Assembly: GCA_047602425.1 (NCBI GenBank)
Contig: JASGHG010000001.1
Span: 2,144,001 to 2,208,000 of the forward strand
DNA length: 64,000 bases
Direction of reading: 5' to 3'
DNA from: Nibricoccus sp.
Lineage (GTDB): Bacteria > Verrucomicrobiota > Verrucomicrobiia > Opitutales > Opitutaceae
Part shown: positions 28,178 to 38,494 of the stretch, one piece after another
Numbering within the stretch: position 1 is the stretch's first letter
How the letters are laid out: the number at the start of each line of letters is the position of its first letter
Notes under the pieces: model-generated
Database searches by the model: none
Seen by the model: the letters and a program-made list of their open reading frames with translations, nothing else
Told to the model about the DNA's origin: nothing
Position numbers and translations under genes: made by a program

Positions 28178-31100
28178 ATGTTTACTCGGGAGGCTTACCC
28201 CACCGCACTGATTGCTCTAATGTTCTGTCTGGCCACACGTCTGTGGGGCCAAATGGAAACTTCGGCTTCGCTCACGGGCCAGATCCGCGAAGCCAACGGC
28301 GCACCGTCAGGTTCGGCGACCGTCGTTCTCGAATACAGTCCAACCGCCAGTCGTTACACCACGCATGCCAACGCAAAAGGTCTTTTCGCGCTCACCGGTT
28401 TGCCAGTAGGCGGACCTTATTTGCTGCGCGTCGAGCGCGAAGGTTGCGAACCTTGGCAATCCGACGAATTTATCCTCGCGCTGGGCGAAAACAAAGAACT
28501 CGCGATCACGCTCCGTCTCCGCAACGAAAAATCCGTCATTCAGCTCGAAAAAGTCGAGGTGCGCGCCGCTCGCGGGAATGCCGGCGCCGGACCGGCCACC
28601 CACCTTTCCCGCGACGAAATCGAATCGCTGCCCAGCATCGAAACTTCATTCAACGAATATGCGTCCCAAGACCCGCGCCTCGTTTACCTCGATCCAGATC
28701 GCGGCGAACTCTCCGCCGCCGGACAAAACAGTCGCTATAATTCTCTCTCCGTCGACGGCGTGCGCATCAACGATCAGTTTGGACTTTCCGCCAACGGATT
28801 TCCCTCCCAGGGCAACCCGCTCGCACTCGAAACGATCGAAGCCATCGCGATCGAAGTTTCGCCCTACGATGTCCACCGGGGCGGCTTTACCGGCGCCTCC
28901 ATCAACGCGGTCACACGCAGCGGCTCCAACCATTTCAAAGGGTCAATATATGCCTACTACCGCGATCAGCACATGCGCGCGGTGCATCCTGTCACCGGTG
29001 AAAACGATCCCTTCCGTGACGAAACTTACGGCATGACATTCGGTGGTCCTCTTTGGCGCGATCATCTTTTCTTTTTCTCCGGCTACGAATATTCGCGCCG
29101 CACCGAACCAGCACCCGCCGCCGGTTTCACCCCTTCCGCCGCTGCGCTCGAACGCATCGTCAACGCTTCCGCCGCCTACAACTATCATCCCGGTGCCCTC
29201 GTCAATCCAGGCAGCCAACGCAAACAGGACAATAAATATCTCGGTAAACTCGACTGGCGTATCAATAGCCGGCATCGCGCCAGCCTTCGTTTCAGCCAAA
29301 CCATCGGCAATCAGCCAAGTTTTGCCGACTATTCCACTTCCGGCCGTGTCTCGCTAAGCGGGCATTGGTATCAAAGTACACAAAACCTGCAGGCGTTTTC
29401 CGCCCAACTTTTCAGCCAGTGGTCACCCGCCTTTCAAACCGAAGGCAAAGTCGCTTGGAATCGCTACACTTCCGAGCGACAACCCTACTCTCGATTCCCC
29501 AATGTTCGCATCAATGGGGTGCCTTCGGACGATGGCGACACAGGTTCGGTTTTCATCGGCACCGATTATTCGAGCCAGGTGAATTCTTTAACTACCGAAA
29601 ACAGCCAGGCCGGCGCTTCGGCGATCTGGCTGCTCGGCCGCCACCGGATGACTTTTGGCGCCGAAGTCGAACGCAGCGAATTCGAAAACACCTTTCTCCA
29701 ATACGCGTGGGGCAATTACACTTTCGCGAGCATCAATGCCTATGAAACCGGCCGGCCAAGCAGCTATACCTATCAGTATATGCTGGACGGTCGCAGCCCC
29801 GCCGTTTCTTGGGGATATATTATGGGTTCGGCATTTTTGCAAGACAGCTGGCTGGCAACAAGCCGTCTCACCCTCGCCGCCGGCGCAAGGCTCGACTACC
29901 CAATCGCCACCGCCCGCCCCCGCAACAACCGGCTGGTCGACGCTACCTTCGGCCGACGCACCGATCGGACCATCGATGGCGCATACGTGCTCGGACCGCG
30001 TGGGAGTTTTCAGCTCAAGCTCGGCAAAAAGGATCGCATGCATCTCAGTGGCGGCGCCGGCATTTTCCAAGGTCGTGCTCCTGGCGTTTGGTTGTCGAAT
30101 GCCTATTCCAACGATGGCATGGCCGCCGTCACCACGACTTCCGTCAACGGTTTCTCGCCCGATCCCAACAATCAACCGCGCGGCAATCCCTCCTCTACGC
30201 GTCAACGCGTCGATTTGATCGACGAGAACTTCCACATGCCGTCTATTGCCCGCGCCAGCCTTTCGATCGATCATCGCTTCTCCTGGCAGAATCTTACAGC
30301 ATCGGCGGAATATATTTATTCATCCACGCTCGAAGGCCTCGCGTATAAAAATATTAATCTCCGCCGCACCGGCACCGGACCCGACGGACGCGCGATCTAC
30401 GGCAATCGAACCGCCTCCTTCGGCCTTGTATCCAACAGCCAATACGCCAGCTCGTCCTTTTCCGATGTCTATTTGCTGACCAACGTTTCCAAAGGCGACG
30501 CTCACCACTTGACCCTCAGCCTCCGTCGTCCCGTGCGCAAACATTGGGGCGCATACCTCGCCTACACGCGCAGTTCGTCCGAGGATGTCAGCTCCGTCAC
30601 GTCGTTCACCGCTTCGACCAATTTCAATGCCCGCGCCGGGATCGATCCCAATGACGAACGACTCGGCACCGCCAACTACGAAACCCGCGACCGTGTCCAG
30701 GCCGAGCTCACGCTGCGTTTTGCCCTTGTCAAAAAGTTCGACACGAAAATTCGCCTGCACTACGAAGGCCGAAGCGGCCGGCCCTATAGTTATATTTTTG
30801 GCACCGACGTGAATGGCGACGGAGCTGACTACGATAACGATCTTCTCTACGTGCCCCTCGGCCGCGACGATCCGAAAGTCCGTTGGGCTGACGCCCGTCA
30901 AGCCGACGCCTTCTTTGCCTGGCTCGATCAAAATCCTTCAGCCAAACGCCATGCCGGCCACATCATGCCCCGTAACAGCGAACGCAGTTACTACCAGCAT
31001 CGTTACGATCTAAAATTTACGCAGGAAATTCCGCTCTGGCGTCGGGTTAAGGCCGAACTTTTCTGCGATATTCTCAATATCGCGAACCTGTTGAACGACG

Positions 31101-31273
31101 AATGGGGCCGCGTTTACGCCGCCAGTTTTCCATATGGCCTCGCCGTCGCCAACGCCAGCTACGATCCGAACGCCAATCAATACGTCTACCGCTTCACCAG
31201 CGCACGCACCCAGACCCTGCAACCCTCGCTCTCGCGTTGGCAAATAGCCGCCGGCTCCCGATTGAAGTTCTAA
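28178..31273 (+). CDS. TonB-dependent receptor, Oar-like
   Basis: GLPVGGPY, GQNSRYN..DG..NDQFGL, SPYDV..GFTGASINAVTRSGSN; C-terminal Phe. Confidence 0.92.
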   Translation: MFTREAYPTALIALMFCLATRLWGQMETSASLTGQIREANGAPSGSATVVLEYSPTASRYTTHANAKGLFALTGLPVGGPYLLRVEREGCEPWQSDEFILALGENKELAITLRLRNEKSVIQLEKVEVRAARGNAGAGPATHLSRDEIESLPSIETSFNEYASQDPRLVYLDPDRGELSAAGQNSRYNSLSVDGVRINDQFGLSANGFPSQGNPLALETIEAIAIEVSPYDVHRGGFTGASINAVTRSGSNHFKGSIYAYYRDQHMRAVHPVTGENDPFRDETYGMTFGGPLWRDHLFFFSGYEYSRRTEPAPAAGFTPSAAALERIVNASAAYNYHPGALVNPGSQRKQDNKYLGKLDWRINSRHRASLRFSQTIGNQPSFADYSTSGRVSLSGHWYQSTQNLQAFSAQLFSQWSPAFQTEGKVAWNRYTSERQPYSRFPNVRINGVPSDDGDTGSVFIGTDYSSQVNSLTTENSQAGASAIWLLGRHRMTFGAEVERSEFENTFLQYAWGNYTFASINAYETGRPSSYTYQYMLDGRSPAVSWGYIMGSAFLQDSWLATSRLTLAAGARLDYPIATARPRNNRLVDATFGRRTDRTIDGAYVLGPRGSFQLKLGKKDRMHLSGGAGIFQGRAPGVWLSNAYSNDGMAAVTTTSVNGFSPDPNNQPRGNPSSTRQRVDLIDENFHMPSIARASLSIDHRFSWQNLTASAEYIYSSTLEGLAYKNINLRRTGTGPDGRAIYGNRTASFGLVSNSQYASSSFSDVYLLTNVSKGDAHHLTLSLRRPVRKHWGAYLAYTRSSSEDVSSVTSFTASTNFNARAGIDPNDERLGTANYETRDRVQAELTLRFALVKKFDTKIRLHYEGRSGRPYSYIFGTDVNGDGADYDNDLLYVPLGRDDPKVRWADARQADAFFAWLDQNPSAKRHAGHIMPRNSERSYYQHRYDLKFTQEIPLWRRVKAELFCDILNIANLLNDEWGRVYAASFPYGLAVANASYDPNANQYVYRFTSARTQTLQPSLSRWQIAAGSRLKF

Positions 31274-31310
31274 AATTTCCCTGGTCCGTCCAAACCCGAG
31301 ACTCCATACC

Positions 31311-31423
31311 GTTTGTCATCTATTAAATGACAAGCGATGCCGCTCCCATTGCATTTCGCCCTTGGAACTTCTTAAAAAGTGCAGTGGCAAAATCGACGCC
31401 AGTTTGTCATTTAATAGATGACA
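31311..31423. repeat. Inverted pair of GTTTGTCAT-N7-ATGACA palindromes (REP-like)
   Basis: gtttgtcatctattaaatgacaag at 31311-31334; gtttgtcatttaatagatgaca at 31402-31423. Confidence 0.9.
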
Positions 31424-31750
31424 TAACTGTCTGTTAGTTCTAAAATTTTGTCCCGCTGACAGCCCGTCAGCAGGTGTTGTTCAGGCAAAAATCAAAGAAG
31501 GCCACTAACAAATTCCACGGGCATTTCATCGTTAACCGCCTGCATATATCGGCGATATTGCCGATCTCGGCAGTGCTTTCAGCCAGCCCTGCGGCCGGTG
31601 TGGGCAGTCAGTCTGTTTCAAATCGGCATCGGAGCATAGACATTCGCCCCGGCTGCCCCGTCCGCCGCATTTCCTGCATTTACACGATGGGTGGGATTTG
31701 TTTTGTTCGCGCCTTTCATCACTCAAAAACCTATCTGCGCGCACCGCTCC

Positions 31751-32458
31751 ATGACCACTCCCGCCCCCTCCGAACCCACCCCCACACCGGCAACTGTCGA
31801 AGGCCAGCCGGCCGCCGCCCCCGGTCATGAGCACGCCTTCCAACAATTCTGGGAAAAAAATTCCCGCACGATCTATCTCGCCTGTGCTGTCATCCTCATC
31901 GCCATCATCGGCAAGGGCGCTCTCGACACTTACAAACACTACAAGGACGACCAGATCGGCCGCGAATTCGCCACCTGCAACACCCCCGAGAAACTCAAAG
32001 CCTTTGCGGCCGCCAATTCCGGCCATCCGCTCGCCGGCCTCGCCAAGCTTCGTATCGCCGACGACTCGTATACAGCCGGCAACTACACGCAAGCCGCAGC
32101 CGATTACCAAGCCGCAGCCGACGCCTTGAAGGACAGCCCTTTCGGCAGCCGCGCGCGCCTCGGCATCGCCACTGCGAAACTCCAGGCCGGCCAGAATGCC
32201 GAGGCCGAAAACCTCTTCAATCTCATCGCCAAAGATTCCAACCTCCTCAAACCGGCCCGCGCCGAAGCCGCTTACCAGCTCGCCTCCATCGCCGCCGCCG
32301 CCGGTCGCAATGACGAAGCCCTGAAGCAGCTCGACTTGCTCAACACCATCGAACCGGATGGCGCCTGGGCACGCCGCGCGCTTATGTTGCGCATGTCGCT
32401 TCCCGCTCCCGTCGCCACGCCAAATACGCCAGCGATCAATCTTCCGGCCAAACCCTAA
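31751..32458 (+). CDS. Membrane-anchored TPR protein (YfgM-like)
   Basis: FWEKN followed by a single TM helix and Ala-rich TPR-like helices. Confidence 0.75.
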   Translation: MTTPAPSEPTPTPATVEGQPAAAPGHEHAFQQFWEKNSRTIYLACAVILIAIIGKGALDTYKHYKDDQIGREFATCNTPEKLKAFAAANSGHPLAGLAKLRIADDSYTAGNYTQAAADYQAAADALKDSPFGSRARLGIATAKLQAGQNAEAENLFNLIAKDSNLLKPARAEAAYQLASIAAAAGRNDEALKQLDLLNTIEPDGAWARRALMLRMSLPAPVATPNTPAINLPAKP

Positions 32459-32482
32459 CTCCTCGCCATCGGCTAATTGAAA

Positions 32483-32559
<77 letters not shown>

Positions 32560-32705
32560 AAACAGAACGCGAAAACGATTAGGCTTTCCTCCTCCTGTCA
32601 ACGTAATCCCACAACTTGTAAGATTCCTGTTAACAAATTCGCGTAATCTCTTCTTGCAGAGACGCTCATTTCTCCCTAACCGTCAGCTTCTAATCTACTC
32701 AATTC

Positions 32706-33227
32706 ATGGATACTATTTCTCGCGAAAACACCAGCTACCTGCCGATTGCAGGCGTCGCCATCGGCGTGCTAGCTTGCGCCCTTTCCATCGGCGCACTCGT
32801 TTCCAACAACAAGCTCAGCAAAAAAGTGCCTGAGGGCTTGGTCGACACCGTCGCGAAGATCGATGTGATGGAAAGCGAGATCCGCAGCGCCAGCAGCACC
32901 GCTGACACCGCGAAGAGCCACGTTGCCAATCTCGCCAGCCAAACCAACACCGCTTTCCAAACCGCCGCCGCTCAAATTCAGGAACTGCGCGGCGAAGTCG
33001 ACAAGCTCAAGGAAGCCGCCAAACCCAAAGCCCCGGCTGCCGGTGCCAAGGGCGCCAAAGCTCCGGTTGTTGCCGGCGAAGGCGAATACGTCGTCAAGCC
33101 TGGCGATCTGCCTTCGAAAATCGCCAAGGCCAACGGTTGCACCGTCGCGGAACTTCAAGCCGTCAACCCCAGCGTAAACTGGAGCAAGCTCCACGCCGGC
33201 CAGAAGATCAAGCTGCCCAAGAAATAA
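32706..33227 (+). CDS. Membrane-anchored coiled-coil protein with C-terminal LysM domain
   Basis: N-terminal TM; YVVKPGD..KIA..TVAELQAVNP..LHAGQKIKLP. Confidence 0.9.
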   Translation: MDTISRENTSYLPIAGVAIGVLACALSIGALVSNNKLSKKVPEGLVDTVAKIDVMESEIRSASSTADTAKSHVANLASQTNTAFQTAAAQIQELRGEVDKLKEAAKPKAPAAGAKGAKAPVVAGEGEYVVKPGDLPSKIAKANGCTVAELQAVNPSVNWSKLHAGQKIKLPKK

Positions 33228-33250
33228 TTTAGAATAGTATCCATTTTTTG

Positions 33251-33286
33251 AATGCCTCCCGGGCTCTCGAGTCGGGAGGCATTTTT
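33251..33286 (+). terminator. Rho-independent terminator after the LysM gene
   Basis: aatgcctcccg..cgggaggcatt stem followed by T-run. Confidence 0.8.
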
Positions 33287-33293
33287 CTGCCCG

Positions 33294-33870
33294 ATGAGCC
33301 ACCCTTCAGGAAATCCTCCCGCCCGCTGGGAAAAACAAGGCGAGACGATCCTCACCCACACGCGGATTTTCGATCTCCGAACCGCCCGCTATCTCCATCC
33401 CGTCCGCAAAACCGAACGCGACTTCTACGTCGTGCACTCGACTGACTGGGTTAACGTCATCGCGGTCACTCCCGACCACCATCTGGTTTTAGTGCGTCAG
33501 TTCCGGTTCGGCGTAAACGATTTTTCGATCGAGATCCCTGGCGGCGTCATGGACCCGGGCGAAGACCCCATTACCGCCGGACCTTCGTGAGTTGCGCGAG
33601 GAAACCGGCTATGTTGGCAAAAATGAGCGCATCATCGGTCGCGTGCATTCGAATCCCGCCATTCTCAGCAACGCGTGCCATTTCGTTTTCGTCGAACAAT
33701 GCGTTCACACCGCCGAGTTGGAATGGGACGCCGACGAAGAGATTGAAGTCATGACCGTACCCATCGACGAGGTCTACGCCATGGCTTATAGCGGGAAAAT
33801 CACCCACAGTCTTGTACTCGACGCCTTGCTTTGCTTCTCACCGATCTGGGCGGAGTTAAAGCGCCGCTAA
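33294..33870 (+). pseudogene. Nudix hydrolase (ADP-ribose pyrophosphatase-like) split by a +1 frameshift
   Basis: First frame ends EIPGGVMDPGEDPITAG-PS*; the +1 frame continues LRELREETGY; removing one C at 33582-33583 restores the Nudix box. Confidence 0.85.
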
Positions 33871-33942
33871 ACCGCGTTATTTGACTTCGGGCGATCCTGC
33901 GATTAGGTGCCTAACTACTTTTTCGCGCACGCACCAAGCACC

Positions 33943-35196
33943 ATGTCCGTACCTGCCTTCGCCAACGATCCCGCTGTTCTCGATCATCCTGCGTCCGACC
34001 GGCTGCCCGGTCTGCTCGAACAGGAAATCCGTCGCATCTACGACCGCAGCCCGCTTTATGGCCAACGCTTCCCATTGCACGATGGACCGCTTCATTGGAC
34101 GTGCTACCGCGAGATTCCCGCACTCTCGAAAAAGGAAATCGTCGAACGAGGTCACACCTCGTTTTTCTCCGATTATCGCGAAATCGAACGCGGCTTGCAG
34201 GAGAAACGCTACGAATACGAGTCGACCTCCGGCACCACGCAGGGCCCGATGACCGTCATCATGGAAGATGGCTGGTGGAATGCCCAGACCGCCCGCGCCT
34301 ACCGCGCCCATCCGCTTCTCGCGCCGTACGCCGACCGGCCCTATCGCAAATGTATTTTGGCTCCCGTAGGTTGTTCGTCAAATCTCTGCCCGTATGAGGA
34401 TCACCCTTTCCCTCACCGGTATATCGACGGCACGGTTTACTTGAATCTTAGCAGCGATCCGTTTGCGTTTTCCGACGCTGAATGGGATCGCATCGTCATC
34501 GAGCTCCAAGCTACGCAGCCAGAAGTCATCGAAGGCGAACCCATTTATCTTTCGTTGCTTGCCCGTGCCGTCCTCCGCCGAAAAGTCACCGTGCCAAGCG
34601 TGAAGGTCGTCATTCTCACCTACGGCAAGGCAAGTCTCCAGCATAGCCGCCGCATTGCCGAGGCGTTCGCCGCCAAACAAGTCGATCTCTACGGCTCAAC
34701 CGAAGCGGGCTACATTTTTGTAGGTGAAGCGTTCAAGGACGATTCCCGCGTCATCGACGGCAATGCCTTCGTGGAACTGGAGCCGTATCGAAAACTTGGA
34801 GACATCTACCAAATTTACGTGACGACGCGCGATCGCGAAGCCATGCCGCTCCTGCGCTATCATACCGGCGATATCGTGAAAAAACTTCCGACCGGCTATC
34901 GCCTGCTCGGTCGCGAACGCGATCTTTATTTCAGACCGGATGGTTCGTTGGTCTCTCCTTCGGAAGTCGACGACGCCTTGCCGGCGGAGTTCTCCTGCTG
35001 GCACTACAGCCTCGTGCAGACCGGGGAAAACCGCTGGGACTTCCATTACGTTTCCGAACACACCGCGCCAAAAACCGTCGAGCCCGCCCTCGCACAAATG
35101 CTGGGGCCCGGCGTGCGCGTGAATGCCTTCCGCCGCCGCGTGATCGCGCCCGCTGCCAGCGGAAAGTTCTCGTTGTTGAAACCGCTCGCGTCCTGA
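33943..35196 (+). CDS. PaaK/coenzyme F390 synthetase-like adenylate-forming ligase
   Basis: STSGTTQGP P-loop, YGSTEAG, AMPLLRYHTGD, LGR, SGKF. Confidence 0.8.
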   Translation: MSVPAFANDPAVLDHPASDRLPGLLEQEIRRIYDRSPLYGQRFPLHDGPLHWTCYREIPALSKKEIVERGHTSFFSDYREIERGLQEKRYEYESTSGTTQGPMTVIMEDGWWNAQTARAYRAHPLLAPYADRPYRKCILAPVGCSSNLCPYEDHPFPHRYIDGTVYLNLSSDPFAFSDAEWDRIVIELQATQPEVIEGEPIYLSLLARAVLRRKVTVPSVKVVILTYGKASLQHSRRIAEAFAAKQVDLYGSTEAGYIFVGEAFKDDSRVIDGNAFVELEPYRKLGDIYQIYVTTRDREAMPLLRYHTGDIVKKLPTGYRLLGRERDLYFRPDGSLVSPSEVDDALPAEFSCWHYSLVQTGENRWDFHYVSEHTAPKTVEPALAQMLGPGVRVNAFRRRVIAPAASGKFSLLKPLAS

Positions 35197-35244
35197 ACCC
35201 GAGGATTGCCAGCCTGGCCGCAGATTGTTGATCCTACCACCATC

Positions 35245-35850
35245 ATGGCCTGGCGCATCGATGAATATGTGGTCAGAGGCGAAATCGACAACCGCAGGCG
35301 TGGAAGCATCACCGGCCGGATCTGGTTTGCCGACCTCGCCGAACCAATTACCATCGATTTAAAGGGAAATGCCTGGCATGACGTCGCCGGTCGCCGTCTC
35401 GAATTCGTCAACCCCGAACCCAAATCCGGCCTTCCAGCCGGCTTCGCATCCGTGCAACAGGGCTCGACCGGAGATATCACCGCTTCGCGCAAAGTCCGCG
35501 TTCCCGAAATTCCCCTCGATCAAATCGGCGACTATTACGCAGCCAAAAAGCCGTTTCCCTGGCACTGGGGCAATTCGCTTTATTTCGAATGGTTCAGCGA
35601 AAGAAATGGACGCGTCGTCATCGAGTCCGCGTCGTATCAATTGACCATTTCTTCCGAACCGACCTGGCAGATGTCAGCGGACGAGGAACGCGAACAACGC
35701 ATCGCCAACAACTACGCGCTCGAAAATTTCATGGGCCGCGCCAGCGAAGCACTGGAAGCGTCACGCGCGCAGGATAGCAACGGAGATCAACCTAAACCTG
35801 AAGACATCGACAACGAGTTCCGCCCCAAAACTGAGGACGAAATGGAGTAA
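35245..35850 (+). CDS. Hypothetical protein, possibly truncated by a premature stop
   Basis: Coding-like ORF starting MAWRIDEYVVRGEIDNR; the same frame stays open for 45 codons after the TAA. Confidence 0.7.
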   Translation: MAWRIDEYVVRGEIDNRRRGSITGRIWFADLAEPITIDLKGNAWHDVAGRRLEFVNPEPKSGLPAGFASVQQGSTGDITASRKVRVPEIPLDQIGDYYAAKKPFPWHWGNSLYFEWFSERNGRVVIESASYQLTISSEPTWQMSADEEREQRIANNYALENFMGRASEALEASRAQDSNGDQPKPEDIDNEFRPKTEDEME

Positions 35851-36024
35851 GCGGCAGTTGCTGCGGCTGAACGCTTGAGCCCCGATGGCGACTGGTTGCG
35901 TGAAGTTGAAATAGAAACCGCTATGATCGCCGATCAAACCGATTCGTTCATCGTCCAATTGCGCGGCCGTCTGGAAAACCGGTCTTGAGCCGGATCCCCA
36001 GTTTGGGCTAGATCCGTCCGACGC

Positions 36025-37830
36025 ATGAGCGATCGGAAATCCAACAGCAACGCCCCGTTCAATCAACCTGGCGCACATCGCCGGGCCTTGCTCACGGCGC
36101 TGCGTCGGCGGGACCTCCGAGAGGCGTGGTGGACCGTTCTCGACGCTTGGGAAATGCGCCGGCCTTTGCGATACGCGGTTTATCTTTCCGTGGCTGCACT
36201 CGCAATTGGCGCTATTCTTTGGTTTGCCGCTTATCCCCGGTGGGCCCAACGCAACGCCATCCGCATGGCGCGCCAGTGGATCGAGGCCGGAAAGCCGGAG
36301 TACGCCGCCGAGACCGTGTTGAAGGCGCTTGTCCGGAATTCTAAACAACCTGAACTCTGGAGCCTCGCTGCCGAACTCGCCCGCCTCAATCGCCAGAAGG
36401 ATCTTGAGGTCGAATACGCACATCGCGCCGCACAGGCCGCGCCAGGAAATTCCCAATACATTCTTGAGTGGGCTTCCGCGGCCCTCCGCGCGGAAATGCA
36501 AGACGTCGCAGAGCAGGCTCTGTCTGAATTGTCTCCCGACGCGTTGGCGCGTTCCCCACTCGCACACCGCATGCTCGGCGAAATGCGCCGGCGCGAATCC
36601 GATTTTGCGGCTGCCCGCGAACATTTCGAACTCGCCCTCAAAATCGATGGGCCCGGTCCGGTAAATGAAATCCCGCTTGGACTATGCTTATTGGCCGATC
36701 GCGATCCTGCTGGCCATGCACGAGGCAGCGATCTGCTCAACCATTGGACTGCTGATCCGCAATGGGGCGCGACCGCCCTTCGTATTCTACTCGACGATGC
36801 GCTCCGCCGCGGTGACCGCGAAGCGATGTTGAGGCACGCTCTCGCGCTCAAAGATCATCCCCAGTGCACATTCGGCGACATGCCGGTCTGCCTGCGAGCG
36901 CTCGCCTTTGCCGATGGCAAAAAGTTCGACGAAACTCTCGTCCAATTACAAACGAAGCATCGCGCGAGTTCCGAAGCGGCGGCGCAATTGATCGGCTGGC
37001 TCAATCAAATTGGCAAAAGCGCGGAAGCTCTCGCGTGGCTGTCATCGCTGCCGGAAAAAGATCTGGCGCGTCCTCCGCTCGCACAGGCCAAAGCCGAGTC
37101 GCTGCGCGCGCACGGCGATTGGACGGAGTTGCAGTCTTGGGTCGCCCTCGGCGCTTGGGGACCGGAGTTGGACTTTATCCGCTGGGCCTATGGGCTGCTC
37201 GCGGCGCGCAAGCTCGGAGATGGAAAACGCGCGGAAGAACTTTGGAACACCCTTTATGGCCACGCTCTTTCCAACAGTGTGCATGCGCACTTCGCCGGCT
37301 CGCTGGTTTATTCCTGGGGATTCGTTAAAGAATCTGAAGCCCTCTGGTGGCGCGCCGCCGGACAGAGTGGCGGCGTGGCCTACGAATCTTTGGGTTCATT
37401 GGCTCGCCATTATCAGGTTCAACGCGACGCCGAGGGCCAATACCGGGTGTTCAACCAGCTGCATTCGCTGCGGCCGCAGGACGACGATGTGACCAACAAC
37501 TTCATCTTTTTCGCCACTCTCACCGGCAAGCGCGAACAACAAGCCGAGCGTCTCGCGCGCGACCTTATGCAACGCCACCCGAACCAACCGACCTACACCG
37601 CGACCTATGCTTACGTTCTCGTGGCTAATGGCCGTGCGGCGGAGGCTTTGCGGCTGGTCGAACCGCTCGCCGCAAAACTTCCCCGTTCGTCCGCGATTCA
37701 GTTTGCCCGCGGTCTGGCTCTGGCCGGCGTCGGGGAGAAGGACAAGGCTCGTCCGATCCTGCGAGGCCTGCCACCGGAATCTTTGACCACGCGTGAAGTC
37801 GAACTGATCGAGTCGACGTTAAGCCGCTAG
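36025..37830 (+). CDS. Membrane-anchored TPR-like helical-repeat protein
   Basis: Single TM near the N-terminus, then repeated Ala/Leu helices with P-turns. Confidence 0.8.
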   Translation: MSDRKSNSNAPFNQPGAHRRALLTALRRRDLREAWWTVLDAWEMRRPLRYAVYLSVAALAIGAILWFAAYPRWAQRNAIRMARQWIEAGKPEYAAETVLKALVRNSKQPELWSLAAELARLNRQKDLEVEYAHRAAQAAPGNSQYILEWASAALRAEMQDVAEQALSELSPDALARSPLAHRMLGEMRRRESDFAAAREHFELALKIDGPGPVNEIPLGLCLLADRDPAGHARGSDLLNHWTADPQWGATALRILLDDALRRGDREAMLRHALALKDHPQCTFGDMPVCLRALAFADGKKFDETLVQLQTKHRASSEAAAQLIGWLNQIGKSAEALAWLSSLPEKDLARPPLAQAKAESLRAHGDWTELQSWVALGAWGPELDFIRWAYGLLAARKLGDGKRAEELWNTLYGHALSNSVHAHFAGSLVYSWGFVKESEALWWRAAGQSGGVAYESLGSLARHYQVQRDAEGQYRVFNQLHSLRPQDDDVTNNFIFFATLTGKREQQAERLARDLMQRHPNQPTYTATYAYVLVANGRAAEALRLVEPLAAKLPRSSAIQFARGLALAGVGEKDKARPILRGLPPESLTTREVELIESTLSR

Positions 37831-38481
37831 CGGAAATTTTTTCTTCCGCCTCAACCGCAACCAGCCGTAAAGCAACAAAGTTCCAGCCAGCGGCACCCAT
37901 GCTCCCACCTCGGGCACTACGCCGCTGATCGACGAAACCATCAGACCGCTCGAGCCGGCCACGTTGTGAACCGCAATGCTGATCGTGTTGCTGCCGATGA
38001 CAAAATTTGAGTTCAAAGTCAGCGTGGTCGGCGTCGAATTCAAATTGCTGCCATTCACCACGGCGGTTTGTACGCCGTTCACGTAAATTATCGCGGTGTC
38101 GTCGACGTAGAGCGTCAGCGTGATGGACGCGTTGCTGGTCGCACCCGTTCCCGTGCCGGCGATATCGAAGGTGAGAGCGTAACTGTAGTCGACGCTGGTC
38201 CCGGGAGACCCAAATACATTTGCGCTGATCCATTTCGCCGACGAGGAGGTCGCCCAACTGCCGGGGAGAAAAAGTCCCACAACGTAGGCTTCGCCCGAGG
38301 CGTTTGACGATGTCCAATGGTTGTCGACGCCCCAAAACCATTCCGGCGTGCTTTCCTGTCCCGTGCGGTAGAGTCCCGTGATGCTTGTGGCCGTGCCGGC
38401 GCTTGCCTGCGCGGCCAGCCAAAACGGCGTAAGCGCCGCGAAAAGGAACGCGGCGCAACAGCGAGCTCTCATGGGTTGCAT
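37819..38481 (-). CDS. PEP-CTERM-type sorted surface protein (paralog 2)
   Basis: Signal peptide, Ser/Thr/Gly/Asn-rich beta domain, C-terminal VVPE + TM + RLRRKKK; start may be 38472. Confidence 0.85.
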   Translation of the reverse strand: MQPMRARCCAAFLFAALTPFWLAAQASAGTATSITGLYRTGQESTPEWFWGVDNHWTSSNASGEAYVVGLFLPGSWATSSSAKWISANVFGSPGTSVDYSYALTFDIAGTGTGATSNASITLTLYVDDTAIIYVNGVQTAVVNGSNLNSTPTTLTLNSNFVIGSNTISIAVHNVAGSSGLMVSSISGVVPEVGAWVPLAGTLLLYGWLRLRRKKKFPLAA

Positions 38482-38494
38482 GTTATTCCAGCCG

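Noticed and set aside
31591..31657. Irregular hairpin in the 31274-31750 intergenic region
   Set aside because: It relies on many G-U pairs in GC-rich sequence and matches no motif I recognise; chance is a sufficient explanation.
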